A stretch of 64,000 nt of DNA from Patiria miniata (taxonomy: Eukaryota). Shown here in pieces: positions 48,049 to 59,904 of the stretch; position 1 is the first letter of the stretch; each line of letters starts with the position of its first letter. The notes beneath the pieces were generated by a model, which was not told the origin of the DNA, searched no databases, and worked only from the letters and a program-made list of their open reading frames with translations. A program made the position numbers and the translations under genes. The stretch is from assembly GCF_015706575.1 (NCBI RefSeq), contig NW_024037060.1, positions 2,664,515 to 2,728,514 on the forward strand, in the 5' to 3' direction.

Positions 48049-48918
48049 TACATGACTTTTCCCAATGATTTTTCCCTTGCAATATCAACTTTCCATGACT
48101 CCTTGTACAATCACAAAATTCCATGACTTTTCCTGATACATTGTAGCTTCAAATTTCAGGATTTTCCCATGTCTGTGGGATAGGACATTCCAACAAGTTG
48201 AGAGTGATTAAGTAGAGTCCATTGCGAGTCCTCACAATTCCAACAATTTCTCACAAGTCCATCACGAGTCATCCAGGATCAAGTCAACTCACAAGCTAAT
48301 CACATGAACTGTGAAAGACCGATTCCTTTGTTACTGTACATCCCCTGTTTCTTGTGAGCTGACTTGTAATTTAACTGGATTTGCGATGGCCAACTTCAAC
48401 ACTGCAAATTAAAATCTACAATGTATAATTACAAGAAATAAAAGCAAGGACTGTAGTTATAAATATACAAAAATAATTATAGGTGGGTAGGTGGAGCGGG
48501 TCGGCTTTTTGTTCCCTTCATTGTTCCGACACTGTCTCAAAACGCTTGAAGCATGACCATGCTTAAAGGCTCATTTGCATTTATCCAAAAGTAACGTACC
48601 AAATTATTATCAAAAGCTTACTTGGATAAAAGATTGTACTTGTATTAAGCACCCCATGAAATTACTCCGTCTGGCTTGCTGTCATTAAGAAGAAATCAAG
48701 AAATGTAGGTGATTTCCAACGATCAGTCAATTGACTGACTTTTGGAACGAGGTACACACTGACCAAATCGTGTTTCGAGATCACAAAGTTGTGCATGGTT
48801 TTTCACTGTTTCCTCGAAAAGTGGAATATCCACCAAGCTGAAACGTCAACAGTTTAGGCTTTGAAGAATCTTCTTTGGATTTGAGTGGGTTTTGGTATTG
48901 GAAATGAACAAATTGCAT

Positions 48919-49256
48919 GAACACGATCCTACACTTCCAATGAACACAATCCTACACTTCCAATGAACACGATCCTACACTTTCAATGAACACGATCGTA
49001 CACTTTCAATGAACACGATCCTACACTTCCAATGAACACGATCCTACACTTCCAATGAACACGATCCTACACTTCCAATGAACACGATCCTACACTTCCA
49101 ATGAACACGATCCTACACTTCCAATGAACACGATCCTACACTTCCAATGAACACGATCTTACACTTCCAATAAACACGATCCAACACTTCCAATGAACAC
49201 GATCCTACACTTCCAATGAACACGATCCTACACTTCCAATGAACACGGTCCTACAT
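48919..49256. repeat. 23-bp minisatellite (gaacacgatcctacacttccaat)n, ~15 units
   Basis: Direct tandem repeats with few variants. Confidence 0.9.
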
Positions 49257-50473
49257 GTACATGCCTTTAACACTAGGTTTTGGTGGAGAAAAAAATAGCT
49301 TAACATGTCATTGTTTCTGGTAATAGTTCCAGATCAGTATGAGTTATAACACACACAAATCTTCAAAAAACCACAGCGCTGTAATGTCAGACGTCATTCT
49401 CTATCTTACAATATACAAACCCCAAATACATTTACATGAAATACGTTTACTCTTAAAACAAACTTCCTCTGATTTCAGATGATATTAATGAATACATTTT
49501 GCAATTCCAAAGATCGATTGTTTGCATTAAAACAAACAGTGAAGGCATATATTTTGCATGAAAGTAAAACCAAAGTCTCAAAGCAAAACCAAAACCAGAT
49601 GTAGCAATCTACAGAGACACAGTGAAGAAACCATGGCAGTTATTTTTCTGTGACGTTCTCCAAAAAGGGTTCCCTGAAATGCCAAAGGATGTGAACTTGC
49701 AGTGTGTGTTCTGCCCTACTTCCTGCTTAAAGGGGTCCACGGCATTAATTCACACTGCAATATATTTTGTGCTCATTCCCATTTCTCTGAAACGTATGTA
49801 AACTAACAGACATCCCTCTCTGGATAATGTTTTTTGCATTGTGCACTTTTTTGGAAACATATAAAGTAGAGTTCACATTTTAGTTTATTCCTCTGGACAA
49901 TTTTAAAGGCATATAGGATCATTTTCGTTTACCCCAAAAGTAACCTGCCCAATTATTATCAAAAAGCTTTTACTTGCATTAAAGATCGCACTGGAACAAA
50001 ACACCCTGTAAAATGATTCTGTGTGGCTTGTTGTCATTTCAAAGAAATCAAACAATGTAGGTGATTTCCAACGATCAGTCATTTGACCGATTTTTGAAAT
50101 ACAGAGATATAATGAGGAAGTCGTGTTTCGTGATAAAATGTTGAGCATGGGTTTTTCACTGTTTTCTCGAATGGTTTTCCACTGTTTACTCCAATAGTGT
50201 GGTTTCCACTGAGCTGAAACTTCAACAGGTTAGGTTTTGAACGTTCCTCTTTGGATTTTGAGTGGTGTTATTATTAGAAATGAACAAAATGCATGAACAG
50301 TAAAATTATTATCCGACATGCCTGGAAAGGATTCCTATATGCCTTTAAAATATTTCTATCGAAATGTGTCTTTCACGGAATTGGTAATGGTTAATTACCT
50401 TCCACTGCTATGACCCGAGTTCAGATGTGGCCAATGTGTGGATTGTGGTTTTTAGTCTCTAGCTGAACTCTTA

Positions 50474-50475
<2 letters not shown>

Positions 50476-50513
<38 letters not shown>
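50476..50513. repeat. C38 homopolymer (G38 on the - strand) in the putative 3' flank of the ankyrin/coiled-coil gene
   Basis: An uninterrupted run. There are many further G/C runs of 12-27 nt elsewhere (361-386, 6811-6822, 23876-23920, 24354-24400, 32086-32104, 35218-35232, 37398-37424, 46612-46640, 46996-47020, 63481-63504, 63948-63961). Confidence 0.9.
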
Positions 50514-50515
<2 letters not shown>

Positions 50516-50955
50516 AATGTCATGGGGTTTTCCCTCCCTCCGGTAAAACTTTTATTTCCTTCCTTGTCTTCTACCAATGATCCTAACTGGATATTTAGTT
50601 GAAACACTCTGTGGAATGACAAATGATAATAAACAAAAGGGGGAGGACACAGCAACAAAATATACAGTACCGAAGTCAATACATTAAGATATGTTAAAAT
50701 TGTTCAAGGTTTGAAGCAACTCACAACATTTGGCAACATTTTCTCATTGATGATTGTTCTCACAATTTTTAAAATCAAAATTAAATTGAAAGGATTAATA
50801 ATAAATTGTATCAAGAAGGGAATGTAAGCAATTAAAAAAAAAAGGAATTCAGCCCGAGTCTTAACATCAAGCCCATGTACAGTTCAAGTATCTGAGCTCT
50901 ACAAAATTCAGCAAACTCATATAAAATGTGAGAACAACAAATACCTAGCAGCTTT

Positions 50956-51052
50956 CATAGGTAGCAGATGTGTCGTTCAAAGCCACTGGAAGACTCAGCG
51001 TGGAATGGTAGATTGTCGTTTGGATCATCTTCATCGTCAGAACTCTCATACC
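50956..51052 (-). CDS. Candidate last coding exon (WYESSDDEDDPNDNLPFHAESSSGFERHICYL*), with the stop at 50956-50958
   Basis: The acceptor is tctgtttag|, the exon is in phase, and it carries an acidic Ser/Asp tail. A - strand AATAAA-like signal lies at about 50553, followed by a C38 run (G38 on the transcript strand). Confidence 0.45.
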
Positions 51053-51427
51053 TAAACAGATAACGGATGCAATTACCAACAATAGAAATCTGTATTTCTG
51101 TTACTGTAAACAATTTAGTACAGGTCTTTCGTTCTGAGAAATTCTCGTGTATGTATTCAGCTCTGTAAACCTTACATCAGAGATTTATTGCAGCTTTGTG
51201 TGTGTATGTTGCAGAATCCAAAACTGGCATAAACACAACAGAGAGAGTATTTACTTAGGTTGTTTAAAGGTGATATACAACATTTGCTTTTGTTGTAATT
51301 TTCAGAAATGGATGGATTTGGGGGTTAGTATTTTATAGCAAATTTTGTTACACTGACCTGTTTAAAGTTTAAAGGGGGAAGAAACAATGAGTCAAAGTTG
51401 TGATAATATCAATAACTTCTGAACTTA

Positions 51428-51516
51428 CCAGAGTTTCTCCTGACTGTCATCTTTACAGCGACTGCTGGTTTCGCCATTGCTATCGATTCCATTAAATTCC
51501 ATACTTACAATGTCAG
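51428..51516 (-). CDS. Candidate penultimate exon (TDIVSMEFNGIDSNGETSSRCKDDSQEKL)
   Basis: The acceptor is ttttttacag| and the donor is ACTCTG|gtaagtt. The frame is open and in phase with 52012. Confidence 0.45.
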
Positions 51517-52011
51517 TCTGTAAAAAAACAACAAGTACTCTTACTACAGTTTCCTACAAATTCTTTCCGTTAATGGACATTACGACTTTTCCTTTTTGAA
51601 TGTTCCTGTGTGTCAAAATAGCTCCAGCCATGGAAAAAGGGTTAATAAAAGATTAATATTTTGGCTTAAAAGATCTACTCTTGAACTAGCAAGGGTACAG
51701 TGTCATTTCTCCAGCCCTACATTATGGACTTCAGAATCCCAAAAGTGCTGCAAAAAGGTCCAGTCTGGAACGATTTCAGAAAATCAGAACAAATACTCAC
51801 ATATTTTTTCTCATACTACCACTTTTTAAAAATAAGGGGGTCAAAAATATTATATTAGATTAAAAAGAAATATTCAGCCATTACTGGAGTTGGTTTGAAC
51901 TAGTTGAAAAACAGCTTTGTGTACATTAAACATGACTTTTCCTCATTGTCATCTCTGAATTTGGTATGTGCTAAACTGCACAAAATGAGCTCACAAAAAA
52001 AAAAACCTTAC

Positions 52012-53593
52012 CAGGTCCTTTGGAAAACTGCTGTTCTCTTCCTCATGTTGTGGTATTGCTTTCCTCATTTTGTGGCTGTCCGATCCTTCGTGGTCACCCT
52101 CATCACTGCTGTAGCTGAACAGGCGGAAATTCCTGCCACCGAGTGGCGATTTGTCATCAGGACTCATAGAGTCCTTAGACTTCTTGGCATCTGCCTCGCG
52201 TGAGCTTGCTTCTCTTTTGTCACTCTTCTGAGTATCTTTCTTCTGACTCTTGGAATCATCTTTGGTGGACTTCACCAAATCGGGAGCCTCGTAGATGGGC
52301 GATAAGTCCCGGCGTTTGTTAAGCGGAGGCTTTGCGTTGGTTGAAGGTGCTACCGGATCGGATTTAGCCTCTTTGTTGTCTAGGGCAAACGTGATATGCT
52401 TCTCTTGAGACTTTTTGGTCTGGGACTTCTTGGAGAGGATGCCTCCTCGAGGAGGCTGCCTGACGGGGCGGGGAGACTCATCAGCATCGCTCTCCGACCA
52501 AGGGATGTCTGAGGACAAGCTACTGACGCTGGAGTTGGACCCGACCCGCTGGTGAGCAGACAGCTCCTGGGTCTTGCTGGTTGCCGGGGAGGGCAGGAGC
52601 TCTAACTCCTCCCGGTTGCTGATCTTGACGATAACCTTCCCTGATTCGGGCTCTCCGAACTCATTAGTGGGCTGAACCTTCCTCATGAAGCCGGGCAAGG
52701 CCTGCTGGCAGTGCTTGGGATTCTGCGAGTAAAGCTTAGCTGAGATCTGGTGAAGGTTATCAGAGATCTGCGGGAGTTTTTCGAATGTTGGAAGCAGGTA
52801 AGGCATGGGGCTTCCTTGCTGCTCCCATCCCAATGGTACCGTCCTATCCTGGGATGTATTCGGATCAGTTTTGTCCATACAGTGTGGCTCCTCATCTTGG
52901 TTCCTCAGGACAGTGTCTGGTTTCTTGGCCTTGTCCTCTGCCCCGATGGAAGACTCAACTCTGAGGGAACTCTTGGAGTGTTTTGAGCAAAACTGCTCGT
53001 AAGAAGGTGGAGAGGTGACAATACGTGCACTATCTCCTGAAGACCTGAATTGTTCATGGAGGGTTTTTTCGACAGTCGACTTAACACTGAGACCTTGTTG
53101 CAAAGGCTCACTGTACTCAATAGACGCCTGAACATGGTGAACATTCGCCTTAGACTGCGGCAGTTTTGGATTTTTACCGTCGTTCCTTGATCCAGTAATG
53201 CCTCCTGTCATATATTGCACACTTGGGTTATCCTTCGTTTGGAAGTCTAGTGAGTGGGGAAGACTAAACCTTTGATCTTGAGTGTCTCTCAAAGGGTCAC
53301 TGGGTTTAGATCCAAGTAAAGAATTCTGTGTTACAGGTTGTGCCGTTTCCATTTTGCCTTCATTTGCAGACATCCCCCTTGGTGATAGTTCCTCGTTCCA
53401 CGATGTCTTGCATTTCTTAGCTGAGTGACCCGGGGAGGACTGTACCACTCCCGTTTGTAGGGAGGATGAGGATGAGCTGAGGGATGAGGTGTAACTGCTG
53501 CTCAGGCTGAGGGTGTCTAGGTTGTCAGAGGCCAGACTAGGGCTGGGGTGATGGAGGGTGGATATCTGCTGGTTGACCTCACTCAAACGAGCT
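52012..53593 (-). CDS. Very large Ser-rich low-complexity exon (~527 aa) of the ankyrin/coiled-coil gene
   Basis: This is the interior of the 599-aa - strand ORF in the track. The acceptor is ttactatttcag| at 53593, and a strong donor GACCTG|gtaagg lies at 52012. Alternatively, read-through to the in-frame stop at 51991 would make this the last exon. Confidence 0.65.
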
Positions 53594-54047
53594 CTGAAAT
53601 AGTAATTATAGTAACTCATAAAAAAGGAAACTTGGTTCATGAGTTCAAAACCTGATGGGGAACATGATGATTGTGTCCTTGGGAAAGACACTTTACTAGA
53701 ATTGCATCTTTCAACCCAAGAGTATAAATAGGTACCTGTGAGGGTAGAGACCAGATTGCATTGCTCTTGGCTGCAGGTAAGTGGTCTCATGGCCTGATGA
53801 ACAGGGGTAATAACTGTAAAGCGCTTTGAGACCTACCTTTGGTGGAGAGTGCTCAAGCAACACACATTATTATTATTATCAAATCTCTTGTCTAGAGCTA
53901 CTGTCTCAGTCTGCGACTATTACAAATACATGGGTGCATGCTGACAGTAGACATAGCCATAGCACTGGAAGCCTGTGGACACGGCCTCTTGATGAACAAA
54001 CAGAAAAGTTAACTACAAGTCTGAACTGAAATTGAAAATACAAATCC

Positions 54048-54272
54048 TACCGTACCTCATAGAGTCCAATGCCAGACCCGTCCTTAACTCCGTGGGAGGG
54101 GCAGGCCATATCGGACTGGTCGGTAGCGGCTGCAATCTGCTCAATCGTCTCTCTATCTCTTGCAGCTGGTCTCTGTTAGCTTCCAGCTCCTGCCGTTGGT
54201 CTAGCTCTAGCAGCTCTGAGCAGGCCTGCTCCAGTTGATCGGCCTTCTGCTTGGATACTAACAAGTCATCCC
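54048..54272 (-). CDS. Coiled-coil exon (DDLLVSKQKADQLEQACSELLELDQRQELEANRDQLQEIERRLSRLQPLPTSPIWPAPPTELRTGLALDSMRYG region)
   Basis: The acceptor is ttgactgcag| and the donor is CTATGAG|gtacgg. It is in phase with the 55215 exon only if no intervening micro-exon is used. It matches the 83-aa - strand ORF in the track. Confidence 0.65.
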
Positions 54273-55214
54273 TGCAGTCAAAACGGTTAATGATGTGGAG
54301 TCGTTATCAGGCAGGAAATCCTTGAGAAAAATTAAAGTAGACTTTGCACATTTCATTGAAGGAGCAAATGAATGGAGAGAATGCACCCCTTTGGCTGAAA
54401 CATGTTCACCAAGACGATAATAGTTGAAAAAGTTGGTTAAATCCTGTAGCACCAGCTCGTTGGAAAGATGTCTACTATAAATTTCTGCTAAATTTCACTC
54501 GGGAGGTAACACACTGTGTATACAGTGTTTATACGTCGGTGAAGGGCAAAAAACCTAAATTTGATTTACATCACCCGATGCAAAATTCCATCTTATGTAT
54601 GAATTAATAGTTTTTAAATTGGTCCATTTCATGAAACTACCACAAATGCATGATCCTCTTTAACACCTGCTAGCTACCAGACTAGCTGGCTTGCACCCAT
54701 TCAGGTATGTGTAACTGATTGCAAACAAAATGTGGACTAAGTAAATTCTGTTTACCTGTTCAATGGACATGGAGCTACTTAGCAGAAAAAAAATACTCCT
54801 TGAGCAGTAGAATGATGGACGCCGTGTGCCAACAGTAGAGAACGCTTTTTAACCGCTTTCAAACTCCAGAGGAGGGACATATTGCATGTGCGTACCGTTT
54901 CGTGCGCGTATGGAGTGAAGTAGGCACCATTATTATTATTCCGAATGTGTACAAAACAATGGTGTTCTTCGCGTGAATGGTAGATGTATGCCATCATCAA
55001 TGCGTTTGTATGTCCCTCACAGTGGTCTTCCCCAACTCTCTCTTTGCAACCGTTGAGGGGGTACTTGTGCATAAAGTCTATTGGCTAAGCACGAATCTGC
55101 TGACTACTACTCATGAGCAATTTATATTGCATGGCAACATTGTTGATAACATGTTTTGCTACGCAAATAACTACTGCAATTTAAAGCAGATTTCTGACTG
55201 ACAAGTATTTTTAC

Positions 55215-55387
55215 CTGGATGTGGTGGATCCTGACTGGTTTCCCGCATCAGTCTGGTGCCGGTGCATCTGGTCAAGCTGACGGACCAACAGGTTGGTCAG
55301 GTCGACGTACTCCCCCTGGATTTGCTCAATACGCTGGGTGAGGTCCGTCTTCTGCGTGTGGACCAGGGCATCGGTGCAGGACATGGC
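55215..55387 (-). CDS. Coiled-coil exon (AMSCTDALVHTQKTDLTQRIEQIQGEYVDLTNLLVRQLDQMHRHQTDAGNQSGSTTS)
   Basis: The acceptor is tacctcaag| and the donor is ATCCAG|gtaaaaa. The heptad-like composition suggests coiled coil. Confidence 0.65.
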
Positions 55388-56042
55388 CTTGAGGTATTTG
55401 TAGAGAGATCAAAATTATTTGAGATGATCAAAAATGATTCCCCCCCCCCAGGAACAGCCCCCAATTCCAACTGTTGTATTTTATATGGAGCATATCCCTG
55501 GACACAAGACCCTGTATAACATTTCATAGCTTTTGATCAATTTCCCGAAAAGTATTGACATATTGACAGACTGCCAACATAATAATCATGTATTAACTAG
55601 CTATGAGGTCACTAGTATGCATCTATTTCCCCTCTGGAACTGCAAGAGAAATAGGCCTCGGGAAATAGAACTATCTTGTGGTCACTCACAGGTCTAGGGG
55701 GCGGGGGAAGGGTAGGCATAGATGTGTACTAGTGACGGAAGAATGCAATCACTACGTTTTGAGAGTCTTACCACCTTGCATGCACATGACACTTGACACA
55801 TGTCTAGTTCACACTCTATGTAACTGCCATACACTACCCTACAATAGTGAAGCCCACGTGACCATGTTTTTAGCTAACCAAGACAACAACAAACAGGTGT
55901 GATTGAATCGTAGACTGCTCAGTTAGTACAGCACTCCGACAGAAGTCAAAAGGTCATGGGTTCAGGGTCTGCTCTAGTCCTGCTAAGCTCATTCTTAAAG
56001 GCATGTAGTGATTTATGAGCAATATATGACTACGATCTCACC

Positions 56043-56085
56043 TCTCTCAGCTTTTTGGCCAATACGTCTTTCTCCTGTTGACTTC
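56043..56085 (-). CDS. Small coiled-coil exon (ESQQEKDVLAKKLRE)
   Basis: The acceptor is gtttaatacag| and the donor is GAGAG|gtgagatc. Only this frame is open and in phase with both neighbours. Confidence 0.5.
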
Positions 56086-56793
56086 TGTATTAAACACAAA
56101 ATAGTACAACAGAAAATATGAATTCCAAATTGGTTTGCATTTTCTTTTTAACAATACTGTATTAAAGGAAATAATGCAAACAATCTTTACGACACAAAAT
56201 GAGATAACTAAAAATAACTTGTGGAAACAATTGTTATCCTGGATTAAAAATTGAATTGTACGCTATTTTGGGGGTTGATTGTGTGTGGCTTTTAAAAAGA
56301 TCCACATGAAAATTTACAGACAATTATGTAAAATCACACAGCTTTCACAAGACTCCTATATTAATTCTGCAATGTTAATTATGTTTGAAAAGTTACCAAA
56401 TTAATTAACCCTAACCCTGCCAGACACAACACAGTGCATCAGGTGGAAAAGAACTGGTGCACTTTGATGCATTCAGCTACCAACACCAGTGCATGAATGA
56501 CCAGCTCTGAAACAATGAGAGCTAAGTCCTATTGATCAATGCCACAGGTGTCTCCTGCTGCATTCAGTGACCACAGACTCTGAGGCAGTTTGGCCTTGAG
56601 ACTTTTGACCTGATGGATCTTGCTACATTTGGCAGGCTTGTCACTTAGTCAAGTGTTGTATGTTGCTACGTTTGGCAGGGTTAGGATTTCATTGTAAACT
56701 AAAATTTACAATTCTTAACTGCGTTATAATTATTCTTTTCTGATCAAGTTAGCAGAATATGGTAATGAGAACGGTATGCTAAAAGCAGCTTAC

Positions 56794-56963
56794 TCTCTCA
56801 GTTTCCTCTGCGTAACGGTCAGCTCATTGGACAGTTTGATGCAGGTTTCCACGACGACCAGATACTGAGCACAGGGGTGGTGGTGGTACCTGGTGGCCAA
56901 CGTGCACGGCGATTGCTTCTTCTTGTTGAGTAGAGTCACGTCGGAATTGAATTCAACCAGAGT
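56794..56963 (-). CDS. Exon after the ankyrin domain (TLVEFNSDVTLLNKKKQSPCTLATRYHHHPCAQYLVVVETCIKLSNELTVTQRKLR)
   Basis: The acceptor is gacttcag| and the donor is GAGAGA|gtaagc. It is in phase with the previous exon at 58092-58330 and with the next exon at 56043-56085. Confidence 0.6.
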
Positions 56964-57184
56964 CTGAAGTCATGAAGGAGACAAAAAAAAAAATAATACC
57001 GGAGTCTGATATAGCGCACGTATCTACTAACAATTAGGTACTCAAGGCGCTGGAAATTACATGTATGTCTATTTTTAAAGACAGGTAAATGAACTGTGTG
57101 AGAAAATGTGAGCTCCATTATGCAGCACCTTAATAAGGGTTTACAAGGTGCTGCGGGGAATATTGCAGCCACTGCCATAAACAC

Positions 57185-57425
57185 CGGGGCAAACCCCTTC
57201 TCTTAGCGATAGGTGTTACTGGGTTCTTTAATGTGCATTACACAACACACACGGGACCTACGGCTTTACGTCTCATCCGAAGGACGGAGCAATAATGGTA
57301 AAGTGCCTTGCTTAAGAGCACAACACCATGTTCCCCATCAGGATTCGAACCCATGTACCACGGCACATGAGCCAAACACCGTAACCATTGGACCACAGCA
57401 CCCCACGATGCAGGTTTCCACTGCA
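57185..57425 (-). mobile_element. tRNA-derived SINE, copy 4, in an intron of the ankyrin/coiled-coil gene
   Basis: It is a full-length match to copy 2 in the opposite orientation, and the short ORFs overlapping both are nearly identical in translation. Confidence 0.65.
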
Positions 57426-58091
57426 TGCCTTTACGTACAGACTAGCACCACAAATAAACACATTGAAACAACATAATCTGTGGACTCTGTGCGCAAGTAC
57501 CCCCTCAACGGTAAGAAAGGGAGAGTTGTAGGAGACCACTGGGGAGCCATTTGAACGTATTGCCGACGACGCCTGCTATGGCTTTGTGAACCTTCATGAA
57601 TAAACTTAGTCGTGCATACTTCGCGCTATACACGCGCGGACCAGAACGAGCACATTGTGTGTCCGGTCCACTGGGCTCTCAAAAGTAGTCGAGGGCGCTC
57701 TCTCTCTTTGCAAACGGAGCCCATAGTAATCCACCTGTTGTCTGTACAAACACAGACAGTCCAAACTTCAGTCGACTTCCCTAAGCATGCCTTTATGTAC
57801 AGACTTACACCAACAGTCACATCACACTTCTAATAAGCACTATAAATTCCATCAACAGACAACCGCAAGTCACTGGTAGAGCTGGCTCACAGATCTTCTA
57901 CAGTCAAGGCAAAGCTAAGTGATGTTACTAATAACAGTCACAGCCTATCAATCAAACACTGTGGATGGACCAATCAGATCAAGACTAGGTCAGGTGACTA
58001 TGGTGGCTCAGTCAAAGTCACAAGCACTGTGAGAAATGTACACGAACCAAAGGTGGGCGGAGCTTATGGTCAAATCAGAAACGGTCCATAC

Positions 58092-58330
58092 CTGTAGGCA
58101 GGAGAGATGCCCATATTTGGCAGCCAGGTGGGCGGGGCTATTGTTGCTATGGTCTGTCTGATCCAATGTGATATCTTGCATCTGCATGTGTTCTAGCAGC
58201 CAGCGTAGGCAGGTTTCCTGGCCGAATCGGGCGGCGAGGTGAAGCAGTGACCAGCGGTGGTCCTGGGTGTGTAGCTCCGAGGCCGAGCCGGGAAGCTCAG
58301 CTAGGCACTTGACGCAGTCCACCTGACCAT
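58092..58330 (-). CDS. Ankyrin-repeat exon (HGQVDCVKCLAELPGSASELHTQDHRWSLLHLAARFGQETCLRWLLEH...SPAHLAAKYGHLSCLQ)
   Basis: The acceptor is tcaatcacag| and the donor is CCTACAG|gtatgga. It contains two ankyrin repeats and overlaps the 104-aa - strand ORF in the track. Confidence 0.7.
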
Positions 58331-58840
58331 GCTGTGATTGAGAAAAAAAATGTCATAATTGGTTTCACTGTAACTCCTCCTTCCTTCAAAATCCAACTCT
58401 GGGTATTGAACATAGGGGGCCTATTTCATAGCAATGCTTATGCATATATGCTATGTTAATTATAGCTGAAAAAAAAACTTGTGTTAAATTTAGATGCATT
58501 TCATGGTACGCATAATGGTCCAAACATCAGAAAAATTTGACCAATATCCTTCAACTTTTGTTACAATGTGACCTGAAGGTTAAATGTGACCTCAAGGTTA
58601 AATCTGACCTCAATGTTAAATCTAACCTCAAGGTGACTTTTAACATAAATTTGCTCCATATTTTATGGGATTAGCCCCCAAACTTCCTTAGTAAAAATCA
58701 AGGAACTTACAACAAGGGCCACACAGAACACATGAAAAAGGTTTAACCAATGCTCTTAATCAACTTTGCTTCTTGATTCTAAGAGGAAAGCCACTCACTC
58801 TCTTCAACTCTTCATGTCAGAGATTGTTTTCTATTCTCAC

Positions 58841-59026
58841 CTTGACAGCCAAGGCAGCGGCTGTGAAGCAGTCATCATTCTCAACTGACAGCATCCCGGC
58901 ACAGGGTCCTGCGGCCAGCCAGGCTAGGCAATCAACGTGGCCCCGCCTGGCCACAGCGTGGAGCAAGGTGTTACCACGATTGTCACGGACTTCTGATAAA
59001 CCTTCATTGGCCGCTAGAAGAAACTC
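58841..59026 (-). CDS. Ankyrin-repeat exon (EFLLAANEGLSEVRDNRGNTLLHAVARRGHVDCLAWLAAG...)
   Basis: The acceptor is ttttcccgtag| and the donor is GTCAAG|gtgagaat. It carries the canonical ankyrin consensus G-NTLLH-A-GH---LL. Confidence 0.7.
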
Positions 59027-59904
59027 CTACGGGAAAAACAGAAATTATACATGATGCTTAGGGAGTGTCTCAAAACGAAGAATATTTGAGTGTTCAAAAG
59101 AGATTTTTTTGATACATATACGTCACATATATAATTTTTTTTGCGAACCAGTTGTTGGAAAAGAATGGGTTGGCCATCATCCCGAAATGAAGAAACAATT
59201 AAAAAATTTTAATAAAAAAATTCAATTTCAATAATAACATAAACAAAAAATAACTTACAAAATATTCTTAAATCTAAATAAATACCATCTCTTTATATTT
59301 GCAATTATTGCAAATTCCATGGTTTACTTGACAAGTTTTCAAATAAACATCAGGTAGTTCTTAAATGACTGACTAGAAAAAGTGCTACTTTATTTGATTT
59401 TGTGTGACGGCTGCCCACCACTTTTTGAAAAGTTTTGTCAACCATAAAGCAGAAAAAGAATGCTAACCATAATACATACATATATACGTGTACGTATTTC
59501 ATGGAATGGATGTGCAAAGGCTTGTCAGCACATGCTATTTCCATTGTTGTGTTGCCATCTCATATCGGAAAATTTTATGTATTACTTCAAGAGCATGGAC
59601 TAATCAGTTGATTTTATTGTTATACCTCTAAGAATGCAGAAAAGTAGATAGATTACAAAGTGGGGGACATGGCTTCTACGTTCACCCTTCTGAAACACGC
59701 AATATCCACCACAAAGTAATTCCTGAGATTTCACTGATTTGGGCATATATTCAGGGTCCTTTTGCTACCCCTGTTTTATTAAGATTTTGTTGGATAGATC
59801 TGGTTGGATCCAAGAATTATAGGGTTAACAACCATTTGTCAAATACACCTACTGATAAAGTTTCTGTTATGCAATCAGCAAATACCGCAAATCTGACAAC
59901 TCAC

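Noticed and set aside
47594-48124. 176-aa minus-strand ORF as a host protein-coding gene
   Set aside because: It contains the conserved C-terminal signature of CR1/L2 LINE ORF2, ends in a microsatellite tail, and is 5'-truncated inside a minisatellite. It is a transposon fragment.
54756-54777. Possible 19-22-nt micro-exon (SSMSIEQ) between the coiled-coil exons
   Set aside because: Including it breaks the reading frame into the 54048-54272 exon, whereas skipping it keeps the frame open. It is probably not used.
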